NCBI RefSeq assembly: GCF_023055435.1
Contig: NW_025964372.1
Location: forward strand, 48,484,001-48,548,000
DNA from: Haliotis rufescens
Taxonomy: Eukaryota
Length of the DNA stretch: 64,000 bases
Direction: 5' to 3'
Shown here in pieces: positions 26,701 to 41,700 of this stretch (positions are counted from its first letter, which is position 1; the number at the start of each line of letters is the position of its first letter). The position numbers and the translations under genes were made by a program. The notes beneath the pieces were generated by a model, which saw only the letters and a program-made list of their open reading frames with translations, was not told the DNA's origin and searched no databases.

Positions 26701-29700
26701 TTTGTTACAATGAGGTATCAAATTTCCGATTGATACCTCTAAACTAAGCCTTTTCACACACAAACGTGCGTATGAATACATCGATAACCTACATATCAAC
26801 CCATGAAAAAATGGCTGCCGAAAACCCATTAGAACTGTACACGTCCGCGAAAGGAACATTATCGGGTGTTTTTGGTGACTTTTTGACGTCCCAGAGCTTA
26901 GTCCTGACTGGTAGGGTCAACTGTGTATTTGTCCTGAAAAGACCTGCTGCTAGCCTGTGTATATTCGCCTGTTACAAGTACTAACACTGTGCGAGGCCAA
27001 AAGTTAAACAGTTAATGGACCCGGGAAGATCCAGGGTAGAATAGGTCTTCAGCAACCCATGCTTGCCGTAAAAGGCGACTATGCTTGTCGTAAGAGGCGA
27101 CTAACGTGATCAGGTGGTCAGGCTCACTGACTTGGTTGAAGCATGTCATCGTATCCCAATTGTGTGGATCAATGCTCATGATGTCAATCACTGGGTTGTC
27201 AGCTGCAGATCCAGACTCGATTATTTACAGACCGCCGTCATATAGCTGTAATATTGCTGAGTGCCATTAAACAACAAACAAACAAACAAACCGTTAATTG
27301 CTCACTTAAATATACATGTGTATATTGGTTCAGCTTGTTTGTTATTGCATCGTGGTAATAAATCCATTGCGCCTTAATTAAATCTACATGTCTATTCCTA
27401 TATTTTTTACTTCACGTGTGTGTATTTATGCCCGCTCTGATGCTATTAACAATTACTACGTCTTCTTTTGAGTCGGCTTCTTACAGGGTGTTACGCTGGA
27501 GTGGGTGGTGTAGTCGTTAGATAAGCCCCATGACAAATATCATACCCATCTTTTACTCATATGACAGCTGAACATGATTGACTTCAAAAGGAGTAAATTG
27601 TCCGTACAAGATATGATAGTGAATTCCAAACTGCTACTATCGCTCATCTACCCACTATATACAGACCTTAGGAGAAATCTGATGGCACTGGTAGAAATAG
27701 GCGACCCTTCCCAGACCGATAAAACCAACCTCTTAAAACACTTTATGAATCCACCAAAAGAATGGTCAAGTCTTGTTGCCCGGACTATATACCACATGTT
27801 CAAGCTGAGGCCATAAGAAAATTCTATTATATTCAATTCAACTAAGTGTACGCTGCCAGCAATAACCTAATATACATAAATGTTTATATGATGTAAATGA
27901 AATAATGCCTCTATACATAATGTACATCATATACATATACCTGTCATATCTATAATTATATACATGTTCATATGTAGATAGTCTGTACCCTGCCCTATGA
28001 GGGTGTTCAGTACAATAAAAATTCTATTCTATTCTATTCTATTCTATTCTATTCTATTCTACCACTTAGTTGACATGTATACGAGGAAAGCATTTGCGTG
28101 ACTACAGATCCTGGATACGTAGCGCAGTTCATTAAAAAACCCAAATTCACAATGCCCCAATGCCCGATATCGAAGGATAAGAGATGACATTGCAGCCCAC
28201 CTGCTGTAAGCCAGCTGTGACGTTGTACTGCACATCGACACTGGAGAAGCTGGCGTCAGTCCATGTCACATTGAGACACGTGCTGTTGAGTATCAAAGCT
28301 GACACATTCTCTGCTTGATCCGGCTTCACTGAAATTAAAACCAGGAAGGTCGGATAGAATTACGTTTTAAAGAATCGATCTGAATGGCCAGCCGCCAGCT
28401 TGAAAGTACACATTCCTGAAACAGGGTAATTAGCAGCTAGCCATCGTTGTGTATAGACAAGACAGAGTGGAATGCCAAATATATATGTCGGTTACGTGGT
28501 GTATAATCCACATTCACCTCGTAAAGTGAGTGAGTTGGGCTTAACGCTGCTTTTAACAGTATTACAGTTTTATCACGGCGTGTCAGCTTAATGTTGGAGG
28601 CAAGCCCGAAGTGAAGCAGGTCTCAGACCCACGAGCACGGGTATGGTGCTGACAAACCTAGAATTATAATTGGGGCGAACCGGGATTCGAACACACGACC
28701 ATAGGTGTCCGGCCAGCCAAAGGGACACAACTCTCCACAACGAATTGCGCAGCCTAAGAGTACTGGGCCACACGTGCCCATATCACATGAACATCTTGCA
28801 CATGTTATCAGGATTCTGGTTCTACTCGGCCAGAGGATCGAATGTGCGCTTTTGTCTTTGTCCGGTTTAAGAAAATATTTAAACTCGTTACTATTTCTGA
28901 AATTAATAAAGTATGGAAAATGTGGAGGTGCATTTTAAGTATTTCTTTAAAATGCTACATGATATTGTAACGGTGTTCAAATGTCGTGAGAGGAAGGTTA
29001 CACACAGACACACACAAACTCAGACACAGACATACACACACACAAACTCAGACAGACACACACAAAGACAGACACACACACAAGCACACAGACACACACA
29101 CAAACTCAGACACACACACATACATGCATACATACACACACACGCACACACATATACAATTCATACACACACATACACACACTTGGCGAAGTTAACATGA
29201 CATACTCTATAGGATTACGTTCACCGGGAAGTTGGGACAATGGGACTCTTTTCCCCGAGAACCAGCGCGGGGGGACCTGATTATGATGGATTCAGTTAAA
29301 GACATCCGTAATCTCAGGGGTTCCCTTTGTGCTGCAACCAGTCTGTCACGAAATAAACACTTTTTAATTGCTCATCATTGTGTTTCTAACATTATATCCG
29401 TGTAGCCGTGAATGCACACTGTTAAGATCCGAGTTACAACTCATAGAAGCCATGCTTGTCGTAAGAGGCGACTTACTGATGCATGTCATCCCCTACCACA
29501 TGGGTAGATAGATGCTCATGATGTCAATCACTGGATTGTCGGGTCCAGACTCGATTATTTAGAGACCGCCTTCATATGGCTGGAATATTGCTGAGTGTGG
29601 CGTTAAACAACAAAGAGACAACCAATTAAATACAAGATGCTTTAAGTGGGATAAGGAGCGCTGGGGTAACCTTGCGGTTAAAGCGTTCGCTCGTCAAGCC

Positions 29701-32700
29701 GAAGGCCCGGGTTCGATTCCCCTTATGGGTATCATGTATAAAGCTCATTTCTGGTATATCCTTGTCCTGATATTGCTGGAATATTGCTGAAAGTTGCGTA
29801 AAACCTTATTAACCTACCCACATAATTATAATATATTGTAGCACCGTCATGGTGAATGGGAATATACAGATTTATGAACCTACCAACTAGTATCGGTTCT
29901 ACTTCAAACGTCCTTGTCGCGCGCCCCAAGCGGTTGGTGCCATTTACGCGGAATGTGTGACGCAGAGCAGGGAAGAAGACGTTGGTGTTTCTGTCGTTGT
30001 TGATGCGGAGAATACACTCTTTAGAACTGCTACAAATAGCGTACACACCGCCCCGACCGCTGTCAAATACAAACACAATTATTGAAATGTTCTTGTGAAA
30101 TTATGGTGTTACACTTGATTCTACCATGAATTTGAGAAATATTTGACGGGATTGATCAAACAAATTTAGGTATCAAATCCCAACAACCACCTCTGATTGA
30201 AACAACCAAAAAAGGTATTTCTAAGTTATTGTTCGTAGGCATGTTTCAACAATTGTATCTACAACTAGAGGATACAAAATGATGCAAAATGATGCACGCA
30301 AGGTAACCCATAGCTCTAAATGCAACATGAATGAAGGAGTTCAATTTGTGTCTAGTTGTGTTTTCTTCGTGTGAAAATGAGAAAAAACTCGGAAAAAAAA
30401 CATTTTTTGTAAAATAAAGTCAGACCGACCTCATCAATGTTTAGGAAAATGTGCATGAGCAAAATAATTGTGCAACCAAACGACCACACTCATTTTGTCC
30501 GGGACCACATTATTGTGCAGTAGTTTTTAACAGTCCTAAGATGCAATGGCAACAACGTTCAACTAACAGTCCTAAGATACAATGTCAACGACGTTCATCT
30601 AACAGTCCTAAGATACAATGTCAACGACGTACATCTAACAGTCCTAAGATGCAATGGCAACAACGTTCATCTAACAGTCCTAAGATGCAATGTCAACGAT
30701 GTACATCTAACAGTCCTAAGATGCAATGTCAACGACGTTCATCTAACAGTCCTAAGATGCAATGTCAACGACGTTCATCTAACAGTCCTAAGATGCAATG
30801 TCAACGACGTAAATCTAACAGTCCTAAGATGCAATGGCAACGACGTTCATCTAACAGTCCTAAGATGCAATGTCAACGACGTTCATCTAACAGTCCTAAG
30901 ATGCAATGTCAACGACGTAAATCTAACAGTCCTAAGATGCAATGGCAACGACGTTCATCTAACAGTCCTAAGATGCAATGGCAACGACGTTCATCTAACA
31001 GTCCTAAGATCCAATGTCAACGACGTACATCTAACAGTCCTAAGATGCAATGTCAACGACGTTCATTTAACAGTCCTAAGATGCAATGTCAACGACGTAC
31101 ATCTAACAGTCCTAAGATGCAATGTCAACGATGTACATCTAACAGTCCTAAGATGCAATGTCAACGACGTTCATCTAACAGTCCTAAGATGCAATGTCAA
31201 CGATGTACATCTAACAGTCCTAAGATGCAATGTCAACGATGTACATCTAACAGTCCTAAGATGCAATGTCAACGACGTACATCTTACAGTCCTAAGATGC
31301 AATGGCAACGACGTGCATCTAACAGTCCTAAGATGCAATGGCAACGACGTACATCTAACAGTCCTAAGATGCAATGGCAACGACGTACATCTAACAGTCC
31401 TAAGATGCAATGGCAACGACGTGCATCTAACAGTCCTAAGATGCAATGGCAACGACGTGCATCTAACAGTCCTAAGATGCAATGTCAACGACGTTCATCT
31501 AACAGTCCTAAGATGCAATGGCAACGACGTAGATCTGACATAGTACAACATAAGAAATTCTTTATATCAGTATTGGTATTGCATTAAACAATTTGTTATG
31601 AAAAGATTTATTCACCTCGAAAATTTAACCTTGAACTTGGATCAGCTGTGATTGATAAGCAAATCCCCGTGGTTCTGAGGTCACAAGACACTTCAGTGGA
31701 AATGTGAACGACGGTTGATGACTACATTACAGCAGTTTGGCCTTTGTGTGAGTCGAGGGATCACGAAGGCGGTTATCTCACAGGAAAATAATCTGCTACA
31801 TTATTGGTCTAACAATGGGTTGTTTATGTGTATAACATTGGCTCAGCTGTTATGACATATCCCAAACTCTAATGTTTATGTCACACGGGCAATGTATGAA
31901 AAGGATGTCATCCATCAAAATAAATTTTAATTTTATTTTTTTCTATATTTTATCAAAATTAAATGCATAGGGGGCCTATGTCTTATATAATAATATAATT
32001 GATCCTGCAAGGAAAATATCGTGGAAATATTTACGGACATGTGTAGCGTAATAATAATAATCTGGGTTTCCTTGTAACAAGATTTTATCATACATGTGGT
32101 ATATATTGTACCTGTCCATTTGCAGTTTGAAGCACTGATGTCAAAGGTTTTATTTGTGTTCTTGGTTTTGGTTTTTGAAGCGAAACCGCCTGATAAAACA
32201 CATATGACAGCTGTATTCATCATGTTGGGCTTTCAGGGTTTGTATTCACTGTCTTCCTCAACAAACCGTGAACATACACAGCCTTATTGCGATGTAACAG
32301 TGCCGTGAATATACACAGCCTTATTGCGATGTAATAGTGCCATGAATATACACAGCCTTATTGCGATGTAATAGTGCCATGAATATACACAGCCTTAATA
32401 TGATGTAAAAGTGCCGTGAATAAATACAGCCTTAGTGCGATGTAAAAGTGCCGTGAATATACACAGCCTTAATATGATGTAATAGTGCCGTGAATATACA
32501 CAGCCTTAATATGATGTAATAGTGCCATGAATATACACAGCCTTAGTGCGATGTAATAGTGCCATGAATATACACAGCCTTAATGCTATGTAATAGTGCC
32601 GTGAATATATACAGCCTTAATGCTATGTAATAGTGCCGTGAATATATACAGCCTTAATGCTATGTAATAGTGCCGTGAATATATACAGCCTTAATATGAT

Positions 32701-35700
32701 GTAATAGTGCCGTGAATATACACAGCCTTAATATGATGTAATAGTGCCGTGAATATATACTGCCATAATGCTATGTAATAGTGCCGTGAATATATACAGC
32801 CTTAATGCTATGTAATAGTGCCATGAATATACACAGCCTTAATATGATGTAATAGTGCCGTGAATATACACAGCCTTAGTGCGATGTAATAGTGCCATGA
32901 ATATACACAGCCTTAATGCTATGTAATAGTGCCATGAATATACACAGCCTAAATGCGATGTAATAGAGCCATGAATATACACAGCCTTATTGCGATGAAA
33001 TAGTGCCGTGAATATACACAGCCTTAGTGCGATGTAATAGTGCCATGAATATACACAGCCCTAATGCTATGCAATAGTGCCGTGAATATACACAGCCTTA
33101 ATGCTACATGTATGTATAGTGCTGGGAATATACACAGCCTTAATGCTATGTAATAGTACTGTGAATATACACAGCCTTAGTGCGATGTAATAGTGCCATG
33201 AATATACACAGCCTTAATATGATGTAATAGTGCCGTGAATATACACAGCCTTAGTGCGATGTAATAGTGCCGTGAATATACACAGCCTTAATGCGATGTA
33301 ATAGTGCCGTGAATATACACAGCCTTAATGCTATGTAATAGTGCCGTGAATATATACAGCCTTAATGCTATGTAATAGTGCCATGAATATACACAGCCTT
33401 AATATGATGTAATAGTGCCGTGAATATACACAGCCTTAGTGCGATGTAATAGTGCCGTGAATATACACAGCCTTAAAATGATGTAATAGTGCCGTGAATA
33501 TACACAGCCTTAATGCTATGTAATAGTGCCGTGAATATATACAGCCTTAATGCTATGTAATAGTGCCATGAATATATACAGCCTTAATGCTCAGTAATAG
33601 TGTTATGAATATACACAGCCTTAATGCTATGTAATATTACTGTGAATATACACAGCCTTAATGCTATGTAATAGTGCCATGAATATACACAGCCTTAATG
33701 CTATGTAATAGTGCCATGAATATACACAGCCTTAGTGCGATGTAATAGTGCCGTGAATATACACAGCCTTAAAATGATGTAATAGTGCCGTGAATATACA
33801 CAGCCTTAATGCTATGTAATAGTGCCGTGAATATATACAGCCTTAATGCTATGTAATAGTGCCATGAATATATACAGCCTTAATGCTCAGTAATAGTGTT
33901 ATGAATATACACAGCCTTAATGCTATGTAATAGTACTGTGAATATACACAGCCTTAATGCTATGTAATAGTGCCATGAATATACACAGCCTTCGTGCTAC
34001 ATGTATGTAAAAGTGTTATGAATATACACAGCCTTAATGCTATGTAATAGTACTGTGAATATACACAGCCTTAATGCTATGTAATAGTGCCATGAATATA
34101 CACAGCCTTAATGCTATGTAATAGTGCCATGAATATACTGAGCCTTAATGCTATGTAATAGTGCCATGAATATACACAGCCTTAATGCTATGTAATAGTG
34201 ACATGAATATACACAGCCTTAATGCTATGTAATAGTGCCATGAATATACTGAGCCTTAATGCTATGTAATAGTGCCATGAATATACACAGCCTTAATGCT
34301 ATGTAATAGTGCCATGAATATACTGAGCCTTAATGCTATGTAATAGTGACATGAATATACACAGCCTTAATGCTATGTAATAGTGACATGAATATACACA
34401 GCCTTAATGCTATGTAATAGTGCCATGAATATACACAGCCTTAATGCTACATGTATGTAATAGTACTGTGAATATACACAGCCTTAATGCTATGTAATAG
34501 TGCCATGAATATACACAGCCTTAATGCTATGTAATAGTGCCATGAATATACACAGCCTTAATGCTACATGTATGTAATAGTACTGTGAATATACACAGCC
34601 TTAATGCTATGTAATAGTGCCATGAATATACCCAGCCTTAATGCTATGTAATAGTGCCATGAATATACACAGCCTTAATGCTATGTAATAGTGCCATGAA
34701 TATACACAGCCTTAATGCTACATGTATGTAATAGTACTGTGAATATACACAGCCTTAATGCTATGTAATAGTGACATGAATATACCCAGCCTTAATGCTA
34801 TGTAATAGTGCCATGAATATACACAGCCTTAATGCTACATGTATGTAATAGTGCCATGAATATACACAGCCTTAATGCTATGTAATAGTGCCATGAATAT
34901 ACCCAGCCTTAATGCTATGTAATAGTGCCATGAATATACACAGCCTTAATGCTACATGTATGCAATAGTGCCATGAATATACACAGCCTTAATGCTATGT
35001 AATAGTACTGTGAATATACACAGCCTTAATGCTATGTAATAGTGCCATGAATATACACAGCCTTAATGCTATGTAATAGTACTGTGAATATACACAGCCT
35101 TAATGCTATGTAATAGTGCCATGAATATACACAGCCTTAATGCTACATGTATGTAATAGTACTGTGAATATACACAGCCTTAATGCTATGTAATAGTGCC
35201 ATGAATATACACAGCCTTAATGCTATGTAATAGTACTGTGAATATACACAGCCTTAATGCTATGTAATAGTGCCATGAATATACACAGCCTTAATGCTAT
35301 GTAATAGTACTGTGAATATACACAGCCTTAATGCTATGTAATAGTGCCATGAATATACACAGCCTTAATGCTACATGTATGTAATAGTACTGTGAATATA
35401 CACAGCCTTAATGCTATGTAATAGTGCCATGAATATACACAGCCTTAATGCTATGTAATAGTGCCATGAATATACACAGCCTTAATGCTATGTAATAGTG
35501 CCATGAATATACACAGCCTTAATGCTACATGTATGTAATAGTACTGTGAATATACACAGCCTTAATGCTATGTAATAGTGCCATGAATATACACAGCCTT
35601 AATGCTACATGTATGTAATAGTACTGTGAATATACACAGCCTTAATGCTATGTAATAGTGCCATGAATATACACAGCCTTAATGCTATGTAATAGTGCCA

Positions 35701-38700
35701 TGAATATACACAGCCTTAATGCTATGTAATAGTGCCATGAATATACACAGCCTTAATGCTACATGTATGTAATAGTACTGTGAATATACACAGCCTTAAT
35801 GCTATGTAATAGTGCCATGAATATACACAGCCTTAATGCTACATGTATGTAATAGTACTGTGAATATACACAGCCTTAATGCTATGTAATAGTGCCATGA
35901 ATATACACAGCCTTAATGCTATGTAATAGTGCCATGAATATACACAGCCTTAATGCTATGTAATAGTGCCATGAATATACACAGCCTTAATGCTACATGT
36001 ATGTAATAGTACCATGAATATACACAGCCTTAATGCTATGTAATAGTGCCATGAATATACACAGCCTTAATGCTACATGTATGTAATAGTACTGTGAATA
36101 TACACAGCCTTAATGCTATGTAATAGTGCCATGAATATACACAGCCTTAATGCTATGTAATAGTGCCATGAATATACACAGCCTTAATGCTATGTAATAG
36201 TGCCATGAATATACACAGCCTTAATGCTACATGTATGTAATAGTACTGTGAATATACACAGCCTTAATGCTATGTAATAGTGCCATGAATATACACAGCC
36301 TTAATGCTATGTAATAGTGTTATGAATATACACAGCCTTAATGCTACATGTATGTAATAGTACTGTGAATATACACAGCCTTAATGCTATGTAATAGTGC
36401 CATGAATATACACAGCCTTAATGCTACATGTATGTAATAGTACTGTGAATATACACAGCCTTAATGCTATGTAATAGTGCCATGAATATACACAGCCTTA
36501 ATGCTATGTAATAGTGCCATGAATATACACAGCCTTAATGCTATGTAATAGTGCCATGAATATACACAGCCTTAATGCTACATGTATGTAATAGTACTGT
36601 GAATATACACAGCCTTAATGCTATGTAATAGTGCCATGAATATACACAGCCTTAATGCTACATGTATGTAATAGTACTGTGAATATACACAGCCTTAATG
36701 CTATGTAATAGTGCCATGAATATACACAGCCTTAATGCTATGTAATAGTGCCATGAATATACACAGCCTTAATGCTATGTAATAGTGCCATGAATATACA
36801 CAGCCTTAATGCTACATGTATGTAATAGTGCCATGAATATACACAGCCTTAATGCTATGTAATAGTGCCATGAATATACACAGCCTTAATGCTATGTAAT
36901 AGTGCCATGAATATACACAGCCTTAATGCTATGTAATAGTGCCATGAATATACACAGCCTTAATGCTATGTAATAGTGCCATGAATATACACAGCCTTAA
37001 TGCTATGTAATAGTGCCGTGAATATATACAAACTTAATGCGATGTATTAGTGACGTATGTCGATTTGAGTGAGGTAATGAAATAGAGTTACTGTTTATAA
37101 CTGATGATATTCACATGATCTCTTCTCCATGCAATGAACCCTACCACTGCGTGATACTAAAGCAGTGCGTGGAGTAGATGACGCGAGCCAGTGGCACATG
37201 TTGCATGAGAAATCTTGCCAAATGAATGTAATTTAGGGCTCACTGGAAACAGCCCGTTTAAACTAACGGCCCTAAGTATTCGCGGGCGAAGGAGGAACTT
37301 CGGGAATACAAACCGTGAAGTATTGACGACCGTCTGTTTGTAAATGTTCAGCTACGAGATCGCGATGCGTGGCCTACCTGTTTTTGTACTCTATCGTCCA
37401 TCGCGTCTGAAGCGGCCCTGGTGTCTCGTGCACGTGTGCGTTACACTCAAGGCTAACCTGGTTGTAGGAGACGCAGCTGATGTTGTACGCCGCAACTGGA
37501 GGTGCTGTGAACACAGCAAGTAATTAATACAATCAGTTTCCCTTGCAGTGTTTTATTAGTGTAGAAAGGTTAGGCCCATGGGCAAGTTTACTATGTGGAT
37601 TTACATCTACAGTTCGTGCAACCTCCTTAGAGTCACGTCCTTGAAATGAAATATATAAATCAGTGGAAGGGAACTGGCTATTTGATGGCTTTTGAGCAAT
37701 ATAAAATTATCGATATACCTGACGCTAATGTTAAACTTCTTGGCCAAATTACCTTGTTTTGACTTTACCAATCCGAGCAGAAATTCCGATTCATATGCAG
37801 AAAGAAACAAATCAGGAAGAAGGGTACAATTGGTGCCCATGGGGATGCCTACTTCTTGCCTAAATGTCTTACCCAAAATTTACACAGATGTTATCAATGA
37901 AGACGTCAAGGACATTTCACATATTCCTCGCTTTCTCGAAGTTAACTCACATCAGAGATGTGTGAAATCTTGAATATAGCCCCCTCCTCTATCTCGAAGT
38001 TTACCCACCCGATAGCTACATTCAATGAAGAGAAATGAGGGTGATTATTACTATAGAATACAAGTCTCGAAGCGGAATGCATGTTCCTGGAGAATCAATG
38101 ATTGTCAGTCTCCTGGAAAATAGACCGGGATTTCCATGTCCATTCACCGGGGATGTTAGAAACGACTGGTGTTTGCTTCCGCCTATTGCCCCGCCAGCCT
38201 TATATACCATGGTGTATACTACTCAACATTTGATAGAGATATGGGTGTCCAGGTCGTTGCTGAATGTGCTGTTTGCTTTGATATGTTGCCATTTGGTTAT
38301 CTTAATATTGTTTTGAAATTGATGAATGTGCAACTTTTGGCTAATTAAAACCATCCAATTAAAAGAATTCATTTCCCACTATCTCACGATCAACCCAAGA
38401 CACTGGGTGTTTTGTTTACAACCTAAAGTTGGAATATTTATTTTGGATGATCAAGAGAATATCAACCTCGGTCTTTTGATATCAAATATATTAACCAACA
38501 CTCAACAGTTAAAAGTAAAAACTTAACGACTCGTGTTGATATTATGATAACGAGACATTCAGGTGAGATTCTCTTTAAGTTCAAAATGCAGTACTTCCTT
38601 ACAATTTGAAACGCCTCAGTTGCTCCGTCACACGTGTGCTTATAAACCCCTAGATTACGTTTTAATGGACCGTGTTGCACATTTGATATTTTCTATCAGA

Positions 38701-41700
38701 GGAATAAGTCATCCCGACAAACGGCAGGTGTTAAAAATTCATTTGCGGGGAGAAATACAACAGCACCTCAATGTGATGTATTTTAACGCTGTTCCATTCA
38801 ACGCTGTCTTTATTTATAGCTTGTAACTACTTAACATGAATACGCTTTCTTCACATCACAGTGCGACACATTACCGTAGAAACCATAATAATACCGACTA
38901 TTACTGTAAAACGTCGTGTTGTTGTCTTCACAATAAGAGGTCGATTTATTTTGTTTAATTTAAAATAATTTTACAGCAATGTTTAATTTACTAACGACTA
39001 TTAAATCCAATGGATGAGGAGTACAAAGCTCAATCAGACAAACAGATGACAGAAGCGGCAGGTGAGATAAGGGCTAGTTCGAATTTTGGGTCCTACATAG
39101 TTGGTGTTTCTCGACAATGTGTTACAATGTGCGAAATCTGATATCATTCCTGGTGATATTACTGGAACGTTGATATAAGCGGCATAAAACAATACTCACG
39201 TACTGATACTGTGACGTCATATAGGTTGCTTCACAATGAGTTGTTTGAAGTTATGATGCTATGTGGTTTAGAACTAAACTCTTTATGGCCTGCTACGATT
39301 TACTTTGGGTGAGGGGACACGGGTGGCCCAGTCGTCTAAGGCGCCGCGATTCGCTGTGCAGAGTTGCGTCCCTTAGGCACGCCAGAAACCTATGATTGTG
39401 GGTTCGAATCCCGGTTCGCCCCGATTATGTTTCTAGGTTTGTCAGCACCATACCCGTGCTCGTGGGTTTCACCGAAGTGGTAAACGTCTGTGACCTGCAT
39501 CACTTCGGGCTTTCTTTCCACATTAAGCTGACACGCCGTGATATGACTGGAATACTGTCAAAAGCGGCGTTAAACCAAACTCACTCACTCACTCACTACT
39601 TTGGGTGACGGCTTATGTTTGTTAAGGATGCCGCTGACAGACCTAGAAACCTCATCAAGGCGACCCGGGATTCGAAACCAGGATGAAAGGTTTCTGGCAC
39701 ACCCAAGGGACGCAACTCGGCAATTAGACGAGTGGGCCACCCGTTTCCCCTTTTATATAGACTTTCTCGTATGACTGACTTACTGACTGAGTATGGTTTT
39801 ACGCCGCTTTTAGCAATATTCCAGCAATATCACGGCGGGGGACACCAGAAATGGGCTTCACACATTGTACCCATGTCGGGAATCGAACCCGGGTCTTCGG
39901 CGTGACGAGCGAACGCTTTAACCACTAGGCTACCCGACCGCCCCTTCTCGTATGACGTGTAAGCAGGTATAGTAAGGTAAGTATGGTATTCCTCCCTGTT
40001 ATGCATACCATAGATCAATTGTAGCATACTTACCACCAACAACAATCAGTTTTCTAGCTAGGGTGGTTTTATTGGTGATGCAATACAACGTCCCCGCGTC
40101 TCTTAGAAATAGTGACGGCACCGACAGCGTTATAGTGGCGTTGTCCTCCACCGACGTCGTACCACGCTCCGCCACTGATGTAGGATCAGACTCGAAACGG
40201 AGGTCGTAGACAGTGTTGTCGTTGGTTTTGAGTTGACACTTGAAGACAGCAGGTTTGCCAATGTTGTATGCAGTCGCATTGGCTATTATTACTGGAAACA
40301 AGACGGACACTTCTACACACACTTAAAAATGTAATACACAAAGTGAGATTAAGTGAAATAGCTATGAACGTCGCGTTCAAGCTTTTGACACCTACAGAGC
40401 GACGTGCATGATGCTTTGTAGTGCCAGCCTACTGAGTTACCATGCTGCAGTTTAGCATGAATACGCTACTCTTACACAGTATACTGACTCCGGGCCGACC
40501 AGACCTTGATTCCCCTTAATGCCCAGCACCAGGCAGGGTAACAACAAGTGCCATATTTTATGACGCTGCTAGGGATCGAACTTCATGCGTTCTGCTCTCG
40601 TTAGACAGACGCTGTATCCACTACATATATTCCACGGTCTCTGACACAGAAAGTTATGAAGACTGAATAAAAACATATACTCACACAGAATAGAAAACTA
40701 AATTTATATAATTATAGCACGATAGTCTTGCCTTGTTATAAAGCCGCGTTAGCAAACTGTGATCGATGACGACCTTTAAATATAGGTAACCTTTCAAACT
40801 TTGTTCCTACATTTGTTTATGAAGGGGAGGGGGGNNNNNNNNNNNNNNNNNNNNNNNNNNNNNNNNNNNNNNNNNNNNNNNNNNNNNNNNNNNNNNNNNN
40901 NNNNNNNNNNNNNNNNNNNNNNNNNNNNNNNNNNNNNNNNNNNNNNNNNNNNNNNNNNNNNNNNNNNGTATATTATTTAATTGTCCCGTATTACGAACTT
41001 CTGTCAATCAAAACTCAGTATTTCAGGGCTCACTTAAGAGGTGCATGTTGATATAGCGGGTTAGAAGAGGTCTTCAGCAACCCATGCTTGCCGTAAAAGG
41101 TGACTATGACTCGGAACAGGCGACTAACGGGACTGGGCGGTGAGATTGGCTGACTTGGTTGATGCATGTCATCGTACCCCAGCTGCATCATAAAAAAACA
41201 GGGGGCTCGGGTGGCCCAGTCGGCTAAGGCGCCGCGATTCGCTGTGCAGAGTTGCGTCCCTTTGGCACGCCAGAAACCTATGATTGTGGGTTCGAATCCC
41301 GGTTCGCCCCAAGTATGTTTCTAGATTTGTCAGCACCATACCCGTGCTCGTGGGTTTCACCGAAGTGGTAAACGTCTTAGACCTGCATCACTTCGGGCTT
41401 TCCTCCCACATTAAGCTGACACGCCGTGATATAACTGGAATACTGTTAAAAGCGGCGTTAAACCCAACTCACTCACTCACTCACTCACTCATAAAAAAAC
41501 AGGATCCATCCTGGTCCAATAAAAAAGTTGAAACATAGATCCATTAACTGGTCTAAATACCTACAGTCTCAGATCTCAGATGACTGTGTCGTGATTTTAC
41601 TTAAATTGATGATGTAGTTCTGTAATAGGAATATGTGCACATAATCTTGAAGTTTGATGACGTCACGCCAAAGAAAGCATTACAAATTACACATAGCACA

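Noticed and set aside
30451-31587. 378-aa [14 protein letters not shown], and similar ORFs at 20415-23398, 60529-61603 and 62763-63983
   Set aside because: Translations of minisatellites inside introns. Only the non-repetitive end of 60529..61593 is a true exon.
32112-32189. 78-nt segment with good splice sites (ttttatcag| ... CAG|gtacaa) in receptor intron 3
   Set aside because: In the phase-2 frame required by the flanking exons it hits TAA, and the CHR domain is complete without it; at most a poison exon.
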